Notes under the pieces: model-generated | What the model was told of the DNA's origin: nothing | The model's database searches: none | The model's input: the letters and a program-made list of their open reading frames with translations, nothing else | Shown: one piece after another, positions 23,502-31,800 of the stretch | How positions within the stretch are numbered: the stretch's first letter is position 1 | Layout: each line of letters opens with the position of its first letter | NCBI GenBank assembly: GCA_020160975.1 | Contig: JAIUPJ010000001.1 | Coordinates: forward strand, 900,001-932,000 | From: Candidatus Saccharimonadota bacterium | GTDB lineage: Bacteria; Patescibacteriota; Saccharimonadia; Saccharimonadales; Saccharimonadaceae | Direction: 5' to 3' | Length of the DNA stretch: 32,000 bases | Position numbers and translations under genes: made by a program

Positions 23502-24910
23502 GCCAAACGATTACCGATATTATCGCAAGCATACAAGCCGGCCAGACATCAGCTCGTGCCGAGGTTGAGACGGCGCTTGCAAAAGCTCGCGAGCACGAAT
23601 CATACCATGCATTACTTCATTTGACGGAAGAAAGAGCGCTACAGCGAGCTGATGAGATTGATGCTCGTCTCAAGGCAGGCGAGAAGGTTGGCGAGCTTGC
23701 AGGAGTGCCGTTCGTTGTTAAAGATAACTTTTTGGCATTTGGCGCACCAACCACAGCAGCAAGCAAGCTGTTGGAGAATTTTGATGCGCCAGTTCAAGCA
23801 ACGGTGGTTGAAAAGCTTGAAGCCGCTGGAGCGATTTGTATCGGCAAGTCGAACCTCGATGCATTTGCTCATGGTGGCTCAACAGAGAATTCTGCATATG
23901 GTGTCACTCACAATGCGTTTGATACCACAAGAGTCGCTGGCGGTTCTTCAGGTGGTTCGGCCGTGGTGACTGCACTTGATATTGTGCCGTTTGCCCTCGG
24001 CAGCGACACGGGAGGATCAATTCGGCAGCCGGCGAGTTTTAACGGTATTTTTGGCTACAAACCGACCTATGGCATGGTCAGTCGATACGGTGTTGTAGCC
24101 ATGGCTAGCAGCACCGACTGTATGGGCTGTTTCGCACGCACCGCAGACGATGTGGCACGAGTCATGGCCATCATGGCTGGTCAAGATGACAAAGACATGA
24201 CGACATTACCTAACTATTTTGTCCCAACTGCACCGTCTAAGATAAATGCGAAAATCGGTGTCATCAAAGAAACGATGGGGGATGGTGTTGATGACGATGT
24301 CCGTCATGCGACTGAGCAATATATTGCGTCACTGCGCGCTGCTGGACACACAGTTGACGAAGTGAGTATGCCTACCTTGCCGCTCGCACTCGCAATGTAT
24401 TACATCATTGTTCCTGCCGAAGTTTCAAGCAACCTAGCACGGTATGATGGGATTCGGTACGGTCGTCGTGCGAGTGGTGTCCAAACGCTTGCCGAGCTAT
24501 ATGGACGTTCCCGTGACGAAGGATTTGTGACGGAAAATAAACGGCGGATTATGATTGGAAGCTACGTGCTCTCGAGCGGTTTTTTTGATGCATACTACCA
24601 GCAAGCGCAAAAGGCGCGCACGTTGCTCATGGGCGAATTTTCAGGACTGTTTAATGAGTATGACTTTTTATTGTCGCCAACTGCACCAACGGTGGCATTC
24701 GGCATCGGTGAAAACACTAGTGATCCTGTCAAAATGTATCTCAGCGATGTCATGACAGTTCCGCCGAGCTTGGCAGGCTTGCCAGCTATCAGTGTGCCGG
24801 CAGGAGAAAATGCCGCAGGCTTGCCGATCGGTGTGCAGTTAATTGGTCCTATGAAGTCGGATGCCGCATTGATCGCACTGAGCGGCAGCATGGAGGTGCA
24901 CCGTGGATAG
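23498..24910 (+). CDS. gatA: Asp-tRNA(Asn)/Glu-tRNA(Gln) amidotransferase subunit A
   Basis: Amidase signature GGSSGGSAVVTA...GSDTGGSIRQPASFNG and VPFVVKDN. Confidence 0.96.
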   Translation: MSQTITDIIASIQAGQTSARAEVETALAKAREHESYHALLHLTEERALQRADEIDARLKAGEKVGELAGVPFVVKDNFLAFGAPTTAASKLLENFDAPVQATVVEKLEAAGAICIGKSNLDAFAHGGSTENSAYGVTHNAFDTTRVAGGSSGGSAVVTALDIVPFALGSDTGGSIRQPASFNGIFGYKPTYGMVSRYGVVAMASSTDCMGCFARTADDVARVMAIMAGQDDKDMTTLPNYFVPTAPSKINAKIGVIKETMGDGVDDDVRHATEQYIASLRAAGHTVDEVSMPTLPLALAMYYIIVPAEVSSNLARYDGIRYGRRASGVQTLAELYGRSRDEGFVTENKRRIMIGSYVLSSGFFDAYYQQAQKARTLLMGEFSGLFNEYDFLLSPTAPTVAFGIGENTSDPVKMYLSDVMTVPPSLAGLPAISVPAGENAAGLPIGVQLIGPMKSDAALIALSGSMEVHRG

Positions 24911-25325
24911 TCCTGCAATTTCTTTTCTTCTCGCCGGAGTCGTGCTCGTGTCGCTTGTTGGTGTGATTTATCTAATGATTGGCATGAAGGCGGGAGCACG
25001 TCTGGCCGTCGAAAAATACCAGTCTCGCTGGATGGCTATCGAAAGTTCACTCGACCGTCACAACCCTAGCAGCTGGACACTCGCGGTACTCGAAGCCGAC
25101 AAGTTGCTCGACAAAGCGTTGCGGGAGCGGAACTTTCGTGGCAATACCATGGGTGAGCGTATGAAATCTGCCCAGAAAGTTTGGAAAAACGCCAATCACA
25201 TATGGACGGCTCACAAGATTCGTAATCAACTGGCACATGACACGGACGCAGACATCAGTTACGACACTGCTGCTCGATCACTGGTAGCGTTTAAGCAAGG
25301 CTTGAAAGATTTAGGGGCAATTTAA
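24903..25325 (+). CDS. membrane-anchored helical protein with R-x4-H (HEPN-type) motif, embedded in the gat operon
   Basis: The GTG start at 24903 is preceded by GGAGGTG (24892-24898) and overlaps the gatA end by 8 nt. The stop lies 2 nt before gatB. One TM helix (ISFLLAGVVLVSLVGVIYLMIGM), then ~105 aa predicted helical with HKIRNQLAHD (RNQLAH at nt 25221-25238). Confidence 0.65.
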   Translation: MDSPAISFLLAGVVLVSLVGVIYLMIGMKAGARLAVEKYQSRWMAIESSLDRHNPSSWTLAVLEADKLLDKALRERNFRGNTMGERMKSAQKVWKNANHIWTAHKIRNQLAHDTDADISYDTAARSLVAFKQGLKDLGAI

Positions 25326-25327
25326 CA

Positions 25328-26794
25328 ATGAGTATACTTAAATCAGAAATTTTCGACACCTATGAAATGACAATCGGTGTTGAGTGTCATGTGCAGCTTG
25401 CGACCAAGACGAAATTATTCAGCCCAGCAGACAACGATGCGCGCGATGCCGATCCGAATAGCAAGGTACACCCGATTGACTTTGGGCTTCCTGGTATGTT
25501 GCCAGTGCTCAACCGCCATGCTGTAGATTTGGCGATCCGCGCGGGCAAAGCGCTGAATGCCGAGATTGCAAACATCAGTCGCTTTGACCGCAAACATTAT
25601 TTCTATCCCGATCTACCAAAAGGCTATCAGACTACTCAGATGTATCAGCCGATAATTCTTGCAGGCTATGTTGAGGCACCACTTGAAGATGGTAGCTCGG
25701 TGAGGGTGCGCGTGCACCATGCTCATATGGAAGAGGATGCCGGCAAATTAACTCACTTCGGGGGGTATAGCCTGGTGGATCTCAACCGCGCTGGCACGCC
25801 GTTGATTGAAATTGTGTCAGAGCCAGATATTCACTCCGCTGCTGAGGCACGGGCATATGCCACCGAGCTTCACCGCTTGATGACATATGCGGGCGTGACA
25901 CATGGTGACTTATATCATGGCAATATGCGTTTTGATGTCAACGTCAGTGTGGCAAAGAAAGGTGCTGCCGAGCTTGGAAAGCGCGCCGAGGTCAAGAACC
26001 TTAACTCTTTCCGCAGTGTTGAACGTGCTGCAGAGTACGAGTTCCGTCGACAGGTTGAGCTACTTGAAAGCGGCGAGCGAGTGGTGCAAGAAACGCGAGG
26101 ATGGAGTGATGACTCGGGTATGACTACCAGCCAGCGCAGCAAAGAGGATGCCCAGGATTATCGCTATATGCCCGACGCTGATATTCCGCCGATTGTGCTA
26201 ACTGATGAGGAGATTGCTGAGATTCAAGCAGATATGCCGATGTTGCCCGGTGAATTCCGGGACACACTGAGAGGTGCTGGGCTTGATTTTGCGATGACCG
26301 AGACTGCGCTCGCGATTACTGATGCAAAAGTTCGCGATTTTCTTGTTGAGATCGCGGCAGCTACTAACGGCGAAGTGCGTCGACGAATTTTGAACTGGCT
26401 CGTTATTGATGTGCAAGGCAAAGTAAGTGCTGGTGATGATACGTGGGAAGGCAAGCAACTACTACCTGACCATATCGTGCAGCTTGCGGAGATGGCGGAG
26501 AAAAACGAAATCAGTAGCAACTCAGCAGTCACTGTATTGTTCGAAATGCTGTCAAGCGGTGATGCGCCTCGAATGATTGCAGAAGCAAAGAATCTCTTGC
26601 AGGTGAGCGACGAAAACGCGATCGGCGAGATTGTCGATGCAGTAATGGCCCATGAAGCGTCAGCCGCTTCGATTGCAGATATCAAGGCTGGCAAAGACAA
26701 AGCGATCGGCTATCTTGTCGGGCAAGTCATGAAGCAGTCACAGGGCAAAGCCAACCCTGCACTTGCACAAAAACTAATTCGCGAAAGACTCTAA
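25328..26794 (+). CDS. gatB: Asp-tRNA(Asn)/Glu-tRNA(Gln) amidotransferase subunit B
   Basis: IGVECHVQL, FDRKHYFYPDLPKGYQ, NRAGTPLIEIVSEPD, C-terminal YqeY-like tail (KAIGYLVGQVMK...GKANP). Confidence 0.96.
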   Translation: MSILKSEIFDTYEMTIGVECHVQLATKTKLFSPADNDARDADPNSKVHPIDFGLPGMLPVLNRHAVDLAIRAGKALNAEIANISRFDRKHYFYPDLPKGYQTTQMYQPIILAGYVEAPLEDGSSVRVRVHHAHMEEDAGKLTHFGGYSLVDLNRAGTPLIEIVSEPDIHSAAEARAYATELHRLMTYAGVTHGDLYHGNMRFDVNVSVAKKGAAELGKRAEVKNLNSFRSVERAAEYEFRRQVELLESGERVVQETRGWSDDSGMTTSQRSKEDAQDYRYMPDADIPPIVLTDEEIAEIQADMPMLPGEFRDTLRGAGLDFAMTETALAITDAKVRDFLVEIAAATNGEVRRRILNWLVIDVQGKVSAGDDTWEGKQLLPDHIVQLAEMAEKNEISSNSAVTVLFEMLSSGDAPRMIAEAKNLLQVSDENAIGEIVDAVMAHEASAASIADIKAGKDKAIGYLVGQVMKQSQGKANPALAQKLIRERL

Positions 26795-26802
26795 GGAGGA
26801 AT

Positions 26803-27705
26803 ATGAAACGACCAACCAAAGCAATCATCGCTGCTGCAGGATTTGGCACACGGTTCTTGCCTCAAACCAAAGCGATGCCAAAAGAAATGATGCCCCTGAT
26901 TGACAAGCCAATCATCCAGTACGTTGTGGAAGAATTGGTAGCGGCCGGAGTGAAAGACATCATTATCGTGGGCTCCAGCAACAAGCGTGCTATCGAAGAT
27001 CATTTTGATATGCCGAGCGAAGAGTTGCTGGCAAACCTGCGCGCAGGAGGAGAGAAGAAGCAGCCTTTTATTGATCAGATTGAGGCAATTGGCGATCTGG
27101 CTAATTTCATCTATGTACGTCAAAAAGGTCCCTATGGAAATGCGACGCCCCTCGCTTGTGCCGCTCACCTAGTGGATCCAAATGAATCGTTCTACTACAC
27201 CTGGGCGGATGATTTTTTCATGGCAACACCGAGCCGCTTTGTGCAAATGGCAGAAGTAGCAGAGGAGCGTGATGGTGCGGTGCTATCCTGTAAACGTTCT
27301 GTCCATGAAGAAGAATATACCAAATATGGGTTTGTGGCAGGCGAAGAGGTGACTGATGGCGTTATCAAGATGAGTTCGGTTGCCGAAAAACCAGGTAAGC
27401 AACAGGCGCCGAGCGATCTGGCGAGCGTCAGTAGCTACTTGCTTCCGGGAAAGTTCTTTAGCTACCTAGAGGAGGCAAAGGCGAACTTTGATGGGATGGG
27501 CGAATTCACTTTTCAGCCAATCATGCAGGCGATGATTGATGACGGCCATTCATTCTATGGTTGCGAAATCAAGAATGGCACGTTCTACGATACAGGTGAT
27601 AAGCTTGAATACCTAAAAACAGTCATTGATTTTGGCCTCGCTCACCGCTCGCTCGGGCCGGCGCTTCGCGAGCATTTGAGTGCACGAATAAATCAGAACT
27701 CGTGA
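26803..27705 (+). CDS. galU: UTP--glucose-1-phosphate uridylyltransferase
   Basis: KAIIAAAGFGTRFLPQTKAMPKEMMPLIDKPIIQYVVEE: canonical GalU N-terminus. Strong AAGGAGG SD. Confidence 0.9.
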   Translation: MKRPTKAIIAAAGFGTRFLPQTKAMPKEMMPLIDKPIIQYVVEELVAAGVKDIIIVGSSNKRAIEDHFDMPSEELLANLRAGGEKKQPFIDQIEAIGDLANFIYVRQKGPYGNATPLACAAHLVDPNESFYYTWADDFFMATPSRFVQMAEVAEERDGAVLSCKRSVHEEEYTKYGFVAGEEVTDGVIKMSSVAEKPGKQQAPSDLASVSSYLLPGKFFSYLEEAKANFDGMGEFTFQPIMQAMIDDGHSFYGCEIKNGTFYDTGDKLEYLKTVIDFGLAHRSLGPALREHLSARINQNS

Positions 27706-27735
27706 ACTATTTCACAACCGAGGCGTTCCCATCGG

Positions 27736-27744
27736 TGCTATACT
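27736..27744 (+). promoter_or_regulatory. extended -10 element TGcTATACT for the DUF948/YtxH unit
   Basis: cggTGcTATACTaaatat lies 53 nt upstream of ATG 27798, with AAAGGAG in the leader. Confidence 0.45.
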
Positions 27745-27797
27745 AAATATAGCGTCGTACAAACGCGAACGCACTAAACAAAGGAGCTTTCATTTCT

Positions 27798-28034
27798 ATG
27801 GAATGGGCACAAATTCTAGTTATCATTCTGTCGGTATTTTTAGCGCTTTTCCTGGTGCTCGCGATCGTCTTGACGGCCTTGCTTATCAAGGTGACACGAC
27901 AGATAAAAGGCATCACGGCAACCGCAGAGCGGACTGCTCTCAAATTTGAGAGTGCAGCCGATAGTGCCGCCAAGTTTGCATCGCCGATCGCGATCGCTAG
28001 ACTCGTACAAAGTTTTATTAATAGAGCTAAATAG
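27798..28034 (+). CDS. small membrane-anchored helical protein, DUF948 (YtxG)-like
   Basis: An N-terminal TM (ILVIILSVFLALFLVLAIVLTALLI) followed by an Ala-rich helix. The architecture and its position directly upstream of a YtxH-like gene mirror the Firmicute ytxG-ytxH pair. Family assignment is from memory. Confidence 0.6.
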   Translation: MEWAQILVIILSVFLALFLVLAIVLTALLIKVTRQIKGITATAERTALKFESAADSAAKFASPIAIARLVQSFINRAK

Positions 28035-28046
28035 GAGGACAATTCT

Positions 28047-28361
28047 ATGTCAAAAGGTAAATTTGCACTAGGAGCGTTGCTTGGAGCGGCTGCAGGTGTT
28101 GTCGCGGGTGTACTCGCTGCGCCAAAATCAGGCAAAGAAACTCGTGCTGATCTGAAGGCAAAAGCCGATGAGATAAAGACGCAGGCTGACAAAAAAGCTG
28201 CCGAAGTCAAAAAGCAAGGCGAGAAAGTCTATGAAGACACTCGCAAGCAAGTCGAAACCGCCGTCAAAGAAGGCAAGAAGACGGTCGACGACTATCGTGG
28301 TCGTGCCGAGCGTGCACTCGATAGCGCAAAGGCAGAGCTGAAAGACGAAAAGAAGAAATAG
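28047..28361 (+). CDS. YtxH-domain general-stress-type protein
   Basis: KFALGALLGAAAGVVAGVLAAPKSGKETRADLK followed by a Lys/Glu/Ala-rich helical repeat: the classic YtxH pattern. AGGAGG SD. Confidence 0.82.
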   Translation: MSKGKFALGALLGAAAGVVAGVLAAPKSGKETRADLKAKADEIKTQADKKAAEVKKQGEKVYEDTRKQVETAVKEGKKTVDDYRGRAERALDSAKAELKDEKKK

Positions 28362-28382
28362 ATCTTTGAGCTTGGATTTTGG

Positions 28383-28414
28383 AAAAGACGCCTTGGTATA
28401 CTGGGCGTTTTTTC
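28383..28414 (+). terminator. hairpin + U-tract after the YtxH gene; its loop carries a TGgTATACT -10-like element
   Basis: aaaagacgcc (28383-28392) pairs with ggcgtttttt (28404-13), including one G.U pair, with an 11-nt loop ttggtatactg. It could be a terminator, a promoter for the 28502 gene, or both. Confidence 0.45.
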
Positions 28415-28501
28415 GTACAATCAACAAAAGCTCTAAGTTCTAACTCCATTGAACTTTTCTATCAAATCTGCCACACTACATACATAGACAGGATCATTAT
28501 A

Positions 28502-28792
28502 ATGCCACTAACATTTTGGAAAAAACTCAAGAAAAACATTCAAGAAGGCAACGAACGCGGGGCGCGACAATCAGTGCTTGAAGAGCTCTTCAATGACTTT
28601 AATCGCAACCGGTTCTCGGTATACAAGTTCAATTTTTTCCGTGGCATATTTTTTGGACTTGGATCGGTGCTTGGCGGCACGGTCGTGCTAGCGGTATTGG
28701 TATGGTTGCTCAACTTAACTGGCCATCTCGTTCCTGGTGTGGCTGGATTTATCGATCATGTCGTCGAGTTGATGCAAACTGCCAAGCAATAG
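28502..28792 (+). CDS. small C-terminally membrane-anchored protein (DUF5665-like)
   Basis: The track ORF starts at TTG 28379 but would read through the hairpin/U-tract at 28383-28414, so ATG 28502 (MPLTFWKKLKK) is preferred. FFRGIFFGLGSVLGGTVVLAVLVWLL hydrophobic segment. Family assignment is from memory and is tentative. Confidence 0.55.
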   Translation: MPLTFWKKLKKNIQEGNERGARQSVLEELFNDFNRNRFSVYKFNFFRGIFFGLGSVLGGTVVLAVLVWLLNLTGHLVPGVAGFIDHVVELMQTAKQ

Positions 28793-28837
28793 CGTAAACA
28801 AGTGGATTTTACTACAGTACCACCGCGTGCGCTACGG

Positions 28838-28843
28838 TATAAT
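28838..28843 (+). promoter_or_regulatory. -10 element TATAAT, 11 nt before the dnaE ATG
   Basis: Sequence reads ctacggTATAATaagacgtagatATG. No SD lies in between. Confidence 0.4.
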
Positions 28844-28854
28844 AAGACGTAGAT

Positions 28855-31800
28855 ATGCCAAGAGCACAGGAGGGGAACGTAGCATCGGGCAGCTCGCTAT
28901 TACCGAGCGATTTTGTTCATTTGCACAATCATACTCACCATTCACTGCTCGACGGCCTGACTAAAATTCCAGCGCTGGTTGAGACGGTAAAAAATTATGG
29001 CATGTCCGCTACTGCAGTAACCGATCATGGGACAATGAGCGGCGTACTGGAGTTCTACAAGGCGGCAGTTGATGGCGAAATCAAGCCGATTCTTGGCATC
29101 GAAGCTTATGTTGCGGCCCGGAGCAGATTTGATCGTGATCCCGCCAAAGACAAGGCCCGATATCACCTAACGCTCCTTGCCATGAACGACGAGGGGTATC
29201 GAAATATCATGAAACTGTCGACGCTGGCCAATCTTGAGGGTATGTACTACAAGCCTCGCATGGATCATGATATTCTCGAGCAGTATAGCGCCGGCGTAAT
29301 CGCCTTGAGCGGGTGTGCTAGCGGCGAGGTGGGTGAGAGTCTCCGTTCGGATGACTACGAAAAAGCCAAGGAAGTCGCCGCCTGGTACAAGCGTATCTTC
29401 GGCGATCGCTATTACCTTGAAATCCAAGACCATGGTCACGAGGACGCACCATTTACCTGGGATGTACAACAAAAAATCAATGCAGGGTTGATGAGGCTAA
29501 GCAAAGAACTCGATATCCCTTGTGTGGTCACCTGCGACGGTCACTATTTGACACATGATGACCAGGAGGCTCATGAGATATTGCTCTGTGTCGGTACTGG
29601 CTCGTTCCTAAGCGACCCTAAGCGTATGAGTCTCAAAGAATTTGAGTTACACGTGACTGATCCGCGCGATATCATCGCTCGGTGGGGCAAAAGTCACCCA
29701 GAATTTATCACCAATACAAAGGCTATCGCCGACCGCTGCCATGTTAATATCGAGTTGGGCCGTATTCTGATCCCAAAGTTTCCTGTACCCGAGGGTGAAA
29801 CCGAAAAAAGTTATCTCGACAAGCTAGTGTATCGGGGTCTGGCGATTCGTTATGCCGGAAAAATGCGTGAAGAAGCGGCACAATTATCCATCCCAAAGAT
29901 CGAGAAAATCCTCACTGAGGAGGTTAAAGATCGTGTGCATATGGAGTTTGAAGTGCTGGAGCGCATGGGGTACAACGGCTATTTCTTGATTGTGCAAGAT
30001 TTTATCAACTGGGGCAAAGACCAAGGTATTATTTTTGGCCCGGGTAGGGGTAGCGCCGCTGGTAGTATCATCGCTTATGCCCTTCATATTACCGACCTGG
30101 ATCCATTGCGGTACGACTTGCTGTTTGAGCGATTTTTGAACCCAGATCGTATTTCGATGCCAGATATTGATATTGATATTCAAGACACCCGCCGCGACGA
30201 AGTGATCGCCTATTGCGCCGACAAGTACGGTGATGCGCGTGTAGCGAATATCGTCACGTTCGGCAAGATGGCAGCGCGTGCGGCCGTACGCGATGTAGCG
30301 CGTGTGCTCCAGGTGCCCTACGCCGAGGCTGATCGGCTCAGCAAGATGATCCCGCCACCAGTTCAAGGCCGGCATATTCCACTTTCGGTCAGCGTCAAGG
30401 AAGATCAGGATTTGCGACGCGAGTACGAAGAGAATCCCACCGCCAAAGAGGTGTTTGATTTTGCGATCCGTCTCGAGGGGACGATTCGTAGCCATGGCGT
30501 ACACGCGGCTGGTGTGGTGATTGCGCCTGATGACATTGTAAACTACGTTCCGCTCGAGATGGCCCAAAAAGGCGTGGTAGCCACGCAATATCCTATGGGC
30601 CCGGTCGAGGAGCTTGGGCTGCTAAAGATGGATTTTCTCGGGCTCTCGAACCTCACAATCATCAAAAATGCGCTGCGTATCATCCGTAAAGTTTACAACG
30701 TAGAGATCGATCTGTCGGCTATTCCACTGGATGACACGAAGGCTTACGAGTTATTCCAACGAGGAGACACGACGGGCGTATTCCAGCTTGAATCTGCCGG
30801 CATGAAACGGTATTTGCGCGAGCTAAAGCCAAGCACCTTTGACGATATTATCGCCATGGTCGCGCTCTATCGGCCAGGCCCAATGCAATTTATTGATAGC
30901 TTTATCAAGCGCAAACACGGCGAAGAAAAGATCACGTACTTGCACCCAGGCATGGAAAATTCGCTCAAAAACACATATGGGATTTTGGTCTACCAAGAGC
31001 AGTTTATGCAGATCAGTAAGGAGTGGTGCGGGTTTACCGGTGGGCAAGCAGACACCCTGCGAAAGGCCGTCGGTAAGAAAAAGATCGATCTCATGCGCAA
31101 AGTAAAAGTTGATTTTGTCAAAGGTGCCGTCGAGCATGGCGGTGCGACCCAAGAAGTAGCCGAGATGTTCTGGGGTCAGCTGGAAGAGTTTGCTAACTAC
31201 TGTTTTAACAAGAGCCACGCGGCGTGCTATGGACTGATTGCTTACTGGACAGCGTATCTCAAAGCGCATTACCCCGACGCATTTATGGCGGCGCTGATGA
31301 CGAGCGATGCCGATGACATTGACCGACTGGCGATTGAGATTACTGAGTGCAAGCATATGGGTCTGTCGGTGCTGTTGCCTGATGTCAATGATTCCTTTGT
31401 CGAATTTGCCGTTGTGCCAGGCAAGCAGCAAGTACGCTTTGGTATGGCAGCGGTCAAAGGGGTAGGAGTGGCGGCGGTCGAGGAAATTATCCGAGCTCGA
31501 GAGCTTGATGGCAAGTTCAAAAGCGTCGAAGATTTTGCAAAACGTGTTAGCACCAGCAAGGTAAACAAAAAAGCCTGGGAAGCGCTGATCAAAGCGGGCG
31601 GATTCGATACGTTGGGCGACCGAAGTGACTTGTTGTTCAACCTCGAAAATATCCTCGGTTTCGCGAGCAAGCTCCAAAAAGAAGCATTGAGCGGCCAGAC
31701 AGACTTGTTTGGTGCGCTCGTGGCCAGTGGCGGCGACGAATTGATGCCGTCGATTGAGCTCAAGTCTGCACCAGCCAAATATACCGACAAAGAACAGTTG

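Noticed and set aside
27743-28210. A 155-aa minus-strand ORF
   Set aside because: It lies antisense to the DUF948-like and YtxH-like genes. Its Ala/Ser-rich low-complexity translation mirrors the Ala/Lys-rich sense frames, and it has no SD or promoter.
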